A DNA stretch of 64,000 nucleotides, from positions 928,001 through 992,000 of the forward strand of contig OY760142.1 of the NCBI GenBank assembly GCA_963663225.1. Direction: 5' to 3'. Below, in pieces: positions 29,772 through 39,020 of the stretch; position 1 is the first letter of the stretch, and each line of letters opens with the position of its first letter. The notes beneath the pieces were generated by a model. It was not told the origin of the DNA. It saw only the letters and a program-made list of their open reading frames with translations, and did no database searches. A program made the position numbers and the translations under genes. Origin of the DNA: Nitrospirota bacterium. Its GTDB lineage: Bacteria; Nitrospirota; UBA9217.

Positions 29772-31277
29772 ATGCATGAAAAATCAATCCTTATCATCGG
29801 TGCCGGCATAGCCGGCCTTTCCGCCAGCTGCTACGGACGGATGAACGGCTTTCCTGTCCATATTGTTGAGATGCACTCGCTGCCGGGCGGACTCTGCACA
29901 TCCTGGAAGCGTCATGGCTTCACCATAAACGGCTGCATTCACTGGCTCGTAGGATCGAGTGCAGCTTCGAACTTTCATCAAATCTGGCAGGAACTCGGAG
30001 TCTTGCAGGACCGGGAATTTTTATACCCCGAGGAGTATGCCCGCTTTGAGGCCCCAGACGGCAGAACGTTCATCGCATACAGCAATGTGGACCGGCTCGA
30101 GCGGCATATGAAGGAAATCGCTCCTGAGGATATGCAGGTCATTGATGAATTCATCAGGACGGTGCGCAGCTGCACACGATTTCAGCCCCCCGTAGGAAAA
30201 GCCCCGGAGTTGTTCGGGCTGTTCGATTTTTTAAAACTGATTGTTACCAAGTTCCCTTTGTTGCACATGCTCTGGAAATGGAACAAGGTATCGCTCACCC
30301 AGTACGGCAAACGCTTTAAGAACCCGCTGCTTCGCGAAGCTTTTGCGCAGATGTTCCTCCCTGAATTTCCCATGTCTTTCCTGCTTATGACATTTGCCTG
30401 GTTGCACAATAAGGCCGCCGGATATCCGGTGGGCGGCTCTCTTGCCTTCGCGCGCGCCATTGAGCAACGCTTCCTTTCCCTTGGCGGAACCCTGCAATAT
30501 AAAACACGCGTAATAAAAATTTTAACGGATAACGGCAACGCCACAGGAGCCCTTCTTGAAGACGGAACTGAACTTCGTGCGGACTATGTAATTTCCGCCG
30601 CGGACGGCCGCACCACTATTTTCGATATGCTTGAGGGGAAATATCTCGATGCTGCCATACAGCAGTATTACACTACTCTTATCCCCTTCCCGCCGCTGGT
30701 ATATATCGCTCTGGGTGTGAACAGAGCGTTCAATGAACTGCCGCATTCAGCAGGAGGCATCAGCCTTGCGCTCCAAAATCCGATCAGGCTTGGCGAGCAG
30801 GAGGTCAAGAGCCTCAGCATGAAAATCTATAATTTCGACCCCACGCTCGCTCCGGCAGGAAAAACAGTCATAACCGTGATGTTCCACTCTGATTATCACT
30901 ACTGGAAAAAACTCGCCGAAAATCATGATCAATATCTGGTCGAAAAAACCAGAATTCTCAATAGCGTCATTGCGCTCCTCGACAGGCGCTTTCCGGGGAT
31001 CGCCGCGCAGGTGGAAATGCGCGACGTGGCCACTCCGTTGACATTCGAACGGTACACAGGCAACTGGAAGGGAAGTTTCGAGGGATGGCAGGTCACGCCG
31101 GACACCTGGAGCATCGGAAAACTCATGCCCAAAACCCTGCCGGGCCTCAAAAACTTCTATATGGCAGGCCACTGGGTGGAACCCGGCGGAGGAGTCCCTC
31201 CGGCGGCAATGAGCGGAAGAAATGTGATTCAAATAATTTGCAGGAAGGAAAACAAACCGTTTACGACAACAACCTAG
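29772..31277 (+). CDS. FAD-dependent oxidoreductase, phytoene dehydrogenase-like (COG1233)
   Basis: IIGAGIAGL Rossmann motif, PGGLCTSW, ATPLTFERYT, PGGGVP. Confidence 0.88.
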   Translation: MHEKSILIIGAGIAGLSASCYGRMNGFPVHIVEMHSLPGGLCTSWKRHGFTINGCIHWLVGSSAASNFHQIWQELGVLQDREFLYPEEYARFEAPDGRTFIAYSNVDRLERHMKEIAPEDMQVIDEFIRTVRSCTRFQPPVGKAPELFGLFDFLKLIVTKFPLLHMLWKWNKVSLTQYGKRFKNPLLREAFAQMFLPEFPMSFLLMTFAWLHNKAAGYPVGGSLAFARAIEQRFLSLGGTLQYKTRVIKILTDNGNATGALLEDGTELRADYVISAADGRTTIFDMLEGKYLDAAIQQYYTTLIPFPPLVYIALGVNRAFNELPHSAGGISLALQNPIRLGEQEVKSLSMKIYNFDPTLAPAGKTVITVMFHSDYHYWKKLAENHDQYLVEKTRILNSVIALLDRRFPGIAAQVEMRDVATPLTFERYTGNWKGSFEGWQVTPDTWSIGKLMPKTLPGLKNFYMAGHWVEPGGGVPPAAMSGRNVIQIICRKENKPFTTTT

Positions 31278-31455
31278 CTGTCCAGACAAATCACCATGCA
31301 GCTGTTCCGAACAGATCCTTTTACCGGCGGCCCTCCACCTGTATACGGATTTTCGGAAGACTTTTTTCTCCGCTCCAGTCTTGAATAAAAACCCCTTTCC
31401 TGCTTGACACCTGTACCCAACAATGATACCTTCCTGTACGAAAAGAGGTGCCCTG

Positions 31456-32127
31456 GTGTTAAGCACTGCTACCCAACTTGCACAATGTATCGACTACACC
31501 CTTGTCAGGCCGGATGCAAGTCTTGATGACCTTGCCGCAGCCTGTACGGCGGCGAAAAAATATGGATTTGCGTGCGTCGTGGTGAACAGCGGCAATGTTG
31601 CACAGGCACGCAGCCTTCTATCCGGCACCCTGATAAAAGTCTGCGCTGTTGTAGGGTTTCCTCACGGTGCGAACACAACGGCTGTCAAGATATTCGAAGC
31701 AATGGAATCGGTGAAGAATGGCGCGTCGGAGCTGGATATCGTTGCGAACATCGGCATGATACAATCAGGCCGTTTCGATTTTGTGGAAATCGACATAAAG
31801 AATATTATTGCCATGACGCCTCAAAAAGTCCACAAGATCATTATCGAAACGGGGATGCTTACCGCGGAACAAATTACCCGGGTCAGCCAGGTTGTTGCAC
31901 GGAGCGGGGCGGAATTCGTCAAAACATCTACCGGGTACGGCTCCCGCGGCGCAACAACGGAAGATATAAAACTGATCAAGCAAGCCGTCGGCTCCGTGTG
32001 CCGCGTCAAAGCATCGGGCGGAATCAGAAACCTTGCAACACTCACCGCCATGGTGGAGGCAGGTGCAGAACGGATCGGAACCAGTGCGGGTCCAGCAATC
32101 ATGGAAGAATACATCGCGGCAAGCTGA
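31456..32127 (+). CDS. deoC: Deoxyribose-phosphate aldolase
   Basis: VVGFPHG, ELDIV, KIIIETG, FVKTSTG, VKASGGIR, RIGTS; GTG start with GAGGT RBS. Confidence 0.93.
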   Translation: MLSTATQLAQCIDYTLVRPDASLDDLAAACTAAKKYGFACVVVNSGNVAQARSLLSGTLIKVCAVVGFPHGANTTAVKIFEAMESVKNGASELDIVANIGMIQSGRFDFVEIDIKNIIAMTPQKVHKIIIETGMLTAEQITRVSQVVARSGAEFVKTSTGYGSRGATTEDIKLIKQAVGSVCRVKASGGIRNLATLTAMVEAGAERIGTSAGPAIMEEYIAAS

Positions 32128-32178
32128 TTTTATACCGCATTTTTTTCTGCACCATACACAGTACCAGAAGGATGGAGC

Positions 32179-33087
32179 ATGAAGGATTTTATTCTCAGGT
32201 TTTTTTCTCCGGAACAGCGTTTAAAGACTCTAGCCGGATTGGGCATCGTAGTCATCGGAGCCGCCTTGATCGGTCTGCTGGGCTACAGCCTGATTACGCG
32301 CTCATCCGTCGTAACGCAGATGCAGATCGCTGAAGGCTGGAAAACCGCCAATCTGACAATTGCTGACCATATGATCCAGCAAAAAGAGAACTTCTGGAAA
32401 GTGGCAAGAAAATACGGGGTGGACATAGATACAATCGTAGCCGCGAACCCGGAGCTTGAAAAATTGAACGCCGCACGAGGCCAGACAATCCGCGTGCCGA
32501 ATCAAAAAGGCGTGCTTCACAAGACCACAGAGCAGGAAACGCTGCCAATGCTGATGGCATTATATAATGTTCCTGCTGACAGAATTTCCTCCCTGAACAA
32601 CATCGGGCCTGACTGCACTCTGGCTCCGGGTCTTGAAGTATTCATCCCCGGAGCAAAGCCGAAAAAAATATCCAATCAAATGGCTTCACAATTCAGCCTG
32701 CGCGGTATTTTTGCATCGCCGCTGCCGGGCAGAATTACTTCCGGCATGGGGATGAGAAAGCATCCGGTCGGCGGTTTCCGCGGCAGGCACACCGGCATTG
32801 ATTTATCGGCGCGGGTAGGCACAAGCATTGCCGCTGCAGCGGCGGGCACGGTCAGCCAGACAGGTGAAGGAGAATACATCGGAAAATTTGTCATGATTTC
32901 CCACAGCGACTCCTACACGACAATCTATGGCCATTGTTCCCAGATACTGGTGACGCCCGGGAAACCGGTAAAAAAAGGGCAGATTATTGCGAAATCCGGC
33001 CAGACCGGACGGGTGACGGGCCCGCACCTTCATTTTGAAATACGGAAAAACGGCATTCCCCAGAATCCGCTGAAATATCTCTGGTAG
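32179..33087 (+). CDS. LysM-containing M23 peptidoglycan endopeptidase
   Basis: N-terminal TM, two LysM-like repeats, HTGID and HLHFE zinc motifs. Confidence 0.9.
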   Translation: MKDFILRFFSPEQRLKTLAGLGIVVIGAALIGLLGYSLITRSSVVTQMQIAEGWKTANLTIADHMIQQKENFWKVARKYGVDIDTIVAANPELEKLNAARGQTIRVPNQKGVLHKTTEQETLPMLMALYNVPADRISSLNNIGPDCTLAPGLEVFIPGAKPKKISNQMASQFSLRGIFASPLPGRITSGMGMRKHPVGGFRGRHTGIDLSARVGTSIAAAAAGTVSQTGEGEYIGKFVMISHSDSYTTIYGHCSQILVTPGKPVKKGQIIAKSGQTGRVTGPHLHFEIRKNGIPQNPLKYLW

Positions 33088-33129
33088 GCTGCCCTGAAAG
33101 CCAGTTGTTGATCTTTCTGCCTGAATTGA

Positions 33130-33166
33130 AAAGCCGGCGTCTGTAAAAACGCCGGCTTTATTTTTT
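33130..33166. terminator. Bidirectional intrinsic terminator
   Basis: AAAGCCGGCGT/ACGCCGGCTTT stem with T-tail, between the convergent M23 and lpxC genes. Confidence 0.75.
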
Positions 33167-33195
33167 ACCACGGGATGTCAAGACAGCATGCAATC

Positions 33196-34113
33196 CTAGA
33201 CGGTTGCGTGCTGAAGAAGGTGAAGGGACATCTCTGCCTGCCGTTTTTCTTCGACCGCCGACGCTCCCAGTACTATCCAGCTCTGCGGGCTGTTTAAAAG
33301 CTTGCCGACCATCTGAGAGTTCAGTCCATGTCCGGATTTATGGGCGACAATATGTCCGATGATCGGCATTCCCACAAGCGCCAGGTCGCCGATCAGATCG
33401 AGAATCTTGTGCCGCACGAATTCGTTTTTATAGCGCAGACCCTCTTTATTTACCACGGAGTCTTCGGTAAGCGCCACCGCATTGTCCAGGGACGCACCCT
33501 TGGCCAGACCGTTGGCCTGAAGGGTCTTTACATCGCTCAGGAACCCGAAGGTCCGGGCATCTGAGATCTCCCGCAGAAAAGCGTTTTCAGACAGCGCATA
33601 CTGCATGCTCTGCTCTTTGAGCATGGGATGGTTGAAGTCGATGAAGTACGAGATGCTTGTTTCATCGGTCGGCCAGATGGCAATCTGTTTGTTGCCGTCA
33701 CGCACGTAAAGCGGCTTGATGACCTTGAGCACCTGCTGGACCGCTTCCTGCGTCTGGATGCCGGCGTCGGCAATGAGGCGAATAAACGGTCTGGCGCTGC
33801 CGTCCATGATCGGGACTTCATCAGCATTGATCTCGACGGAGACGTTGTCGATGTTCAGTCCGGCAAAAGCCGCGAGCAGATGCTCGACCGTTTTTACAGA
33901 CACGCCGTTGCTGCTGAGCGTTGTGGCGTAGCTTGTCGTTCCGATGTTCGCCGCAACAGCTCTTACCGCCGCATTGCCGATGTCGGTGCGGATGAACACC
34001 ACGCCGGAGTCAATCGGAGCGGGCTTTATGATCATTTTTACCGGCTTGCCGGTATGAAGGCCGATGCCTTCGCATGAGATACTGTTCCGCAGGGTCCGTT
34101 GAAATCTTATCAT
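33196..34113 (-). CDS. lpxC: UDP-3-O-acyl-GlcNAc deacetylase
   Basis: QRTL, GIGLHTG, TVEHLL, PIMDGS, ARTFGF, RHKILD, SGH. Confidence 0.97.
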   Translation of the reverse strand: MIRFQRTLRNSISCEGIGLHTGKPVKMIIKPAPIDSGVVFIRTDIGNAAVRAVAANIGTTSYATTLSSNGVSVKTVEHLLAAFAGLNIDNVSVEINADEVPIMDGSARPFIRLIADAGIQTQEAVQQVLKVIKPLYVRDGNKQIAIWPTDETSISYFIDFNHPMLKEQSMQYALSENAFLREISDARTFGFLSDVKTLQANGLAKGASLDNAVALTEDSVVNKEGLRYKNEFVRHKILDLIGDLALVGMPIIGHIVAHKSGHGLNSQMVGKLLNSPQSWIVLGASAVEEKRQAEMSLHLLQHATV

Positions 34114-34141
34114 AATGTCTTCCTCTCTTGATTTTGATCAT

Positions 34142-34158
34142 AGCAATTGAAATGCCAA
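34142..34158 (-). promoter_or_regulatory. sigma54 -24/-12 promoter of lpxC
   Basis: Minus strand TTGGCATTTCAATTGCT (GG-N10-GC), about 30 nt upstream of the ATG. Confidence 0.8.
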
Positions 34159-34183
34159 TTTTTTATGTAAAAAATATGTTTAT

Positions 34184-34196
34184 AATCAATATATTA
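34184..34196. promoter_or_regulatory. IHF-binding site
   Basis: AATCAA-TATA-TTA matches WATCAA-N4-TTR and lies between the sigma54 site and the putative enhancer. Confidence 0.6.
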
Positions 34197-34218
34197 TTAT
34201 TTCAGAACGTCTAATTAC

Positions 34219-34266
34219 TGTGGTAAAAAAACAACTTATCATGATGCTGTGTAGTTAAAATGCAAC
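34219..34266. promoter_or_regulatory. Putative tandem upstream activator sites for a sigma54 enhancer-binding protein
   Basis: TGTGGTAAAAAAACAAC (34219-35) and TGTAGTTAAAATGCAAC (34250-66), 31 bp apart. Confidence 0.5.
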
Positions 34267-34539
34267 AATGATCTTTATGAGAAGAATGAAGATGCTTTTC
34301 AGGGGAACGTGAAAACAGTGTTGCGGTTTAATATTTTCACGCGGCAATACGCAGCAGCAATGAGGATTTGCTGATATTTTCAGGTACCGTGTGCAATCCA
34401 TCTCACAAGCGGATTTGTATGATTTTTGCTTTCCGAGCGCAAATGCTTTTCTTTGTTTTTCATTGACATATCAAGTCCAGGTGTGCTAAATTTTTTTAAC
34501 AGAGCACGGTATAGAGAATCTCAGTATGATGGAGTGAAC

Positions 34540-35268
34540 ATGGAACCGAAGCTCGATGAGTTGTACAAGCAGGGAATTGAAGCGTTTGAAAAAAATGAGT
34601 ATAAGGCTGCAGAGGACTTATTTAAGGAGCTCCTGAATATCAACCCGAATTTTGCCGACATTCAGAATAAACTGGGAATCATCTACAATCAGACGAACCG
34701 GCTTGCGCTCGCTGCCCGCACTTTTGAGAAAGCCCTGGAATTGAACCCGGAATACACTGAAGCGTCTCTCAACCTCGCCATTACCTACGGTGATTTGGGC
34801 AAATACGAAAAATCCCGCGAAGTCTTTGAGCGGGCGGCCCGCTTCGCCAAATCCGCCGGAAAAAATACCGAAGCACCCAGCCCCACCATTGATCCGTTCA
34901 TCAAAGGAAAACTGTCTGCAGAACACCTGCGGGTCGGAAACATGTATTATCAACTCGGCCTTCTCGATGAAGCAATTGAGGAATACCAGAAAGCCCTGCG
35001 TCTCTCGCCCGGCTTCGTCGATATCATCACGCAAATGGGCATCGCGCTCAGAGACAAGGGCAGATACGATGAAGCCGTTTGGCAGTTCAACAAAGCCAAA
35101 GAGTACAACCCTCGTTATATTCCGGCTCGTTTGCATCTCGGCATTACATATTACTCTCAAGGTTTTCTTGGACTGGCCGAGGAAGAATGGAGAGAGGCGC
35201 TCGTATTTGACCCCGATAATTCCGCGGTAAGAACCTACTTGCATTTTGTAAAACCTGAAGAATCCTGA
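34540..35268 (+). CDS. Tetratricopeptide repeat protein
   Basis: Multiple TPR units (LGIIY...A...FEKALELNP; LGITY...A...WREAL...P); start set to ATG 34540. Confidence 0.88.
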   Translation: MEPKLDELYKQGIEAFEKNEYKAAEDLFKELLNINPNFADIQNKLGIIYNQTNRLALAARTFEKALELNPEYTEASLNLAITYGDLGKYEKSREVFERAARFAKSAGKNTEAPSPTIDPFIKGKLSAEHLRVGNMYYQLGLLDEAIEEYQKALRLSPGFVDIITQMGIALRDKGRYDEAVWQFNKAKEYNPRYIPARLHLGITYYSQGFLGLAEEEWREALVFDPDNSAVRTYLHFVKPEES

Positions 35269-35282
35269 CCGGAGTCTCGCCG

Positions 35283-36242
35283 TTGGACCTACTCAGCATA
35301 CAAGGCCTTACCACGCTCTTTCATACCAGAGCAGGCAATCTTAAAGCGGTCGACAATCTCAGCCTCGCGCTGCAAAAGGGGCGCATCCTCGGACTGGTGG
35401 GTGAATCCGGATGCGGGAAAACAGTGACCGCGCTTTCCATTTTGAACCTCGTTCCTCCTCCCGGCAGGATTGTCGCCGGTAAAATTTTTTTTGAAGGCCG
35501 GGATCTTCTTCAACTCCCCCCAGAAGAAATGAGATCGATTCGCGGCGCGCGAATTTCGATGATTTTTCAGGAGCCGATGACGGCGCTCAATCCCGTTTTC
35601 ACGGTGGGAAACCAGATCATCGAAGTAATAACCACACACTCAACCGTCCCGAAGAAGGAAGCAATGGCCTCGGCCATTGATCTTTTGCAGTCCGTCGGCA
35701 TCCCCTCACCGGAAAAGCGGGTGCATGAGTATCCGCACCAGCTTTCCGGCGGCATGCGCCAACGCGTGATGATCGCCATGGCCATCGCGTGCAAGCCGTC
35801 TCTCATCCTTGCGGACGAGCCCACAACCGCGCTTGACGTCACGATCCAGGCGCACATTCTGGCCCTGCTGTGCAGGCTTCAGGCGGAAATGGACATGGCG
35901 ATGGTTCTGGTCACGCATGATCTCGGCCTGATTGCCGAGCGCGCCCACGAAGTGGCGGTTATGTATGCAGGCAGAATAGTCGAGCAGGCGGAAACCCGGG
36001 AGCTTTTTGAGAACCCATTGCATCCCTATACGAAAGGTCTGCTGGCTTCTGTCCCCAAACCGGGCCGGAACGGCAAAAAGCGTCTGAGCACGATTGCCGG
36101 ATCCGTGCCGCAGCTTTCCGACCTGCCCGCAGGGTGCAAATTTATCACCCGGTGCGATATCAAGACAGCCCAATGCGTAACGGAACCGGAACTCATCGAG
36201 ATAACACCCGGGCACTTGATACGATGCTGGGAAGCTCCATAA
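35283..36242 (+). CDS. Oligopeptide/dipeptide ABC ATPase (OppD/DppD-like)
   Basis: GESGCGKT, LSGGMRQR, ILADEPT, HPYT, C-terminal Cys; TTG start. Confidence 0.92.
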   Translation: MDLLSIQGLTTLFHTRAGNLKAVDNLSLALQKGRILGLVGESGCGKTVTALSILNLVPPPGRIVAGKIFFEGRDLLQLPPEEMRSIRGARISMIFQEPMTALNPVFTVGNQIIEVITTHSTVPKKEAMASAIDLLQSVGIPSPEKRVHEYPHQLSGGMRQRVMIAMAIACKPSLILADEPTTALDVTIQAHILALLCRLQAEMDMAMVLVTHDLGLIAERAHEVAVMYAGRIVEQAETRELFENPLHPYTKGLLASVPKPGRNGKKRLSTIAGSVPQLSDLPAGCKFITRCDIKTAQCVTEPELIEITPGHLIRCWEAP

Positions 36243-36309
36243 AAAGAAGGACGCCCGGATGCAGCTTCACGCAGCAGCATTGCATTCCGCGCTTCTCAAT
36301 GAAATCGAC

Positions 36310-37272
36310 ATGCCGAATGAACTTGTTGTCATAAACAATATATACAAATCATTCCCCGTAAAGGCTGGGCTGGGAAAAACGCTTGAAGCGAAGGCCGTGG
36401 ACGGCGTAAGCCTGTCCGTGGGCCGGGGAGAGGCCGTCGGCCTGGTCGGTGAAAGCGGTTGCGGCAAATCAACACTCGGCAGACTTGCGCTCAGGCTGCT
36501 GGAGCCTTCAGCGGGGGAGGTTTTTTTTGAAAACCAGAATCTGGGGTTGCTCGGCAAAAAGGACCTCAGAGCACTGCGCAGGAAGATGCAGATCATTTTC
36601 CAGGACCCTTTTGCGTCCCTGAACCCCCGCATGAGCGTTCAGGAAATCATCACCGAGCCGCTGGTAATTCACGGGCTGGCACAAAAAAATGAACTGCCGG
36701 GGCGCGGCGCCGAGCTTCTTGAAAAAGTCGGGCTCGCTCCTGAAGCGCTCAACCGCTATCCGCACGAATTTTCAGGAGGCCAGCGCCAGCGGATCGGCAT
36801 TGCACGGGCATTGGCAAGCGGCCCCTCTTTCATCGTCGCCGACGAGCCGGTCTCCGCGCTCGATGTTTCGGTCCAGGCGCAGATCATCAACCTGCTCGAC
36901 GATTTGCGGGAGGCTCTGAAGCTGTCCTTCCTGTTCATCGCCCATGACCTGAACATCGTGCGGCATTTTTCGGACCGCGTGGCAGTGATGTATCTTGGAA
37001 AAATTATGGAGAGTGCCCCGGCCGAGGAAATATACCGGAACCCGTCGCATCCTTACACCGAGGCATTGCTTGCCGACATCCCGGTGGCGGACCCGACCGT
37101 GCGAAAAAAGCACATCCTCCTGCGCGGAGACATCCCGAGCCCTACCCAGGTCCCTGCCGGATGCCGTTTCCACACACGCTGTATTCACCGTTTTGAACCC
37201 TGCGATAAGATTGTACCCCGCACAACCGACCTCGGGAATGGCCACTTCGTTGACTGTCACCTGAGGGGATAA
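36310..37272 (+). CDS. Oligopeptide/dipeptide ABC ATPase (OppF/DppF-like)
   Basis: GESGCGKS, FSGGQRQR, DEPVSALD, HPYT, CRFHTRC. Confidence 0.92.
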   Translation: MPNELVVINNIYKSFPVKAGLGKTLEAKAVDGVSLSVGRGEAVGLVGESGCGKSTLGRLALRLLEPSAGEVFFENQNLGLLGKKDLRALRRKMQIIFQDPFASLNPRMSVQEIITEPLVIHGLAQKNELPGRGAELLEKVGLAPEALNRYPHEFSGGQRQRIGIARALASGPSFIVADEPVSALDVSVQAQIINLLDDLREALKLSFLFIAHDLNIVRHFSDRVAVMYLGKIMESAPAEEIYRNPSHPYTEALLADIPVADPTVRKKHILLRGDIPSPTQVPAGCRFHTRCIHRFEPCDKIVPRTTDLGNGHFVDCHLRG

Positions 37273-37388
37273 GACCGGAAGGAAATACCGCGAAGAACAC
37301 AAGAACCGATTGCCCGCGGGAGAAAAGCCCGGCGCGCGCCATCTCCTTGCACAATTGTCAACAACGAACAACCGGACAGCACAGCCGG

Positions 37389-38663
37389 CTATGACGCGAG
37401 AACATACTCACCATTGCCGGGGATGCGTTTCTCCGCCGCCTCTTTGCTCACCGTCGCAGGATCAAGGGGGGCAAACCCCGTCACGTCGACGTTCCGGAGA
37501 TGGGGAAGGATCTGCTGTTCCTTGTATTCACCGTTCAGTTCCTTGCGCAGGATGTTGAAAAATGTAGTGGTAATCCTTGAGTCAAACTGCGTGCCGTTGC
37601 ATCTCATTACTTCGCGGAAGGCATCGCTGAGCGCCATCTTTCCCCGATATGGCCGGTCCGTGGTCATTGCGTCGAAAGCGTCTGCAAGAGTAAGAATTTT
37701 CACTCCATCACTCAATTCGGAGGACATCAGTGCGTCAGGATATCCCTTGCCATCGACCCGTTCATGATGATGACGGACAAAATACTCGACATTTTTCCAC
37801 GGGAATTTGACTTTGGAAAGAATATTGTAGGATATCTGGGGGTGCCTTTTTATTTCATGTATTTCCGGCGTCGTCAGCTTTTCACCCTTGTTGATGATGT
37901 CATGGTCTATAATTATTTTTCCGATGTCATGCAGCAGGCCCGCCACGTAAAGCCCTTCTACTTCGTTTTTCTTCCATCCCAGTTCCCGGGCAATGGCCAC
38001 CGCGTAGCATGCCACCCGGAAGGAATGGTCCTTCGTATAATCGTCCTTTGCGTCGATGGCGGCGGCAAACGCCTGGATGGTATCGTGATAGATCCGCTGC
38101 ATGCTGGTATAGAGCCTTCTGTTTTCAGAGGCTTTCTTGGCGAGTTCGAGGAACAGCCGTGCGTTGTGCAGGGTAATGGCCATTTGATGCGCGATGACCC
38201 TGAGAACGTCCTTGTCTCCCGCATGGAAGGGCGATCCGCCGAGTTTCCTGCCGAGTGCTATGGCACCGACGAACTCCCCCTTGGCAAAGAGCGGAATGAA
38301 CATCCTGGTTTGCAGTTTGGTGAATATCTCGCTGTTCTTCCGGAAAAAAGCCGTCTTGCTCATATCGCGAACGGCCTGCGGTTCGTTCATGCGAAACCGG
38401 TTGATATATTCGCGCAAAACGGACAGCTTCATCTCCTTTTTGACCTTGTCCCGGTAGCCCTTCTCTACAATGGGGTCGAGGCTTTTTCGCTGCGGATGAT
38501 AAATAAACAATGCGGCGGTGGGTACGGAGAATATCCCGGTCATGACGTAGAGCGCAGCTTTCATTTTTTCCGCCAGTTCTTTTGCAGAACTGACCTCCTG
38601 GCCCAGATCAACCAGCGACTCTATGCAGAACATCAACCGTTTGAGCTGCACTTTCTTGTTCAT
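37389..38663 (-). CDS. GAF + HD-GYP cyclic-dinucleotide phosphodiesterase
   Basis: GAF (FIPL...VGAI); DAKDDYTKDHS, LHDIGK, HHHERVDGKGYP, ADAFDAMTTDRPYR. Confidence 0.92.
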   Translation of the reverse strand: MNKKVQLKRLMFCIESLVDLGQEVSSAKELAEKMKAALYVMTGIFSVPTAALFIYHPQRKSLDPIVEKGYRDKVKKEMKLSVLREYINRFRMNEPQAVRDMSKTAFFRKNSEIFTKLQTRMFIPLFAKGEFVGAIALGRKLGGSPFHAGDKDVLRVIAHQMAITLHNARLFLELAKKASENRRLYTSMQRIYHDTIQAFAAAIDAKDDYTKDHSFRVACYAVAIARELGWKKNEVEGLYVAGLLHDIGKIIIDHDIINKGEKLTTPEIHEIKRHPQISYNILSKVKFPWKNVEYFVRHHHERVDGKGYPDALMSSELSDGVKILTLADAFDAMTTDRPYRGKMALSDAFREVMRCNGTQFDSRITTTFFNILRKELNGEYKEQQILPHLRNVDVTGFAPLDPATVSKEAAEKRIPGNGEYVLAS

Positions 38664-38666
38664 GTG

Positions 38667-39020
38667 TTAACCTCTTCCTTTTAAAAAAATAAGAGCTTCT
38701 TCTTCGTCCTTAAAAACCCTGACGTGCTTCGTCAAGCCCACCATTTCGAAAACATCAAGGTGGATTTTTTTCATATTCGTAAAGCACAGCAGGCTTTCGT
38801 GCTCCTGGGTCCTGTGCACGATGCCCGTGAAAATGGACAATCCGATCGTGTTGATGAACTGCACATCGGAAAAATTTACGACGAACTTTCTCACACCTTT
38901 TCCGAGAAACTGTTCGCTGGTCTGTTCAAGGCGGATCGCTCCCAGATCGTTGATATACCCTTTGGGTGTCATGACGGCGACATCCTGCGCCGATTTTGAG
39001 GTTAAAGTAAAGTTATTCAT
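38667..39020 (-). CDS. STAS anti-sigma-factor antagonist-like protein
   Basis: 117 aa; PKGYI, VVNFSDVQFINTIGLS, VFEMVGL, EEEAL. Confidence 0.88.
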   Translation of the reverse strand: MNNFTLTSKSAQDVAVMTPKGYINDLGAIRLEQTSEQFLGKGVRKFVVNFSDVQFINTIGLSIFTGIVHRTQEHESLLCFTNMKKIHLDVFEMVGLTKHVRVFKDEEEALIFLKGRG

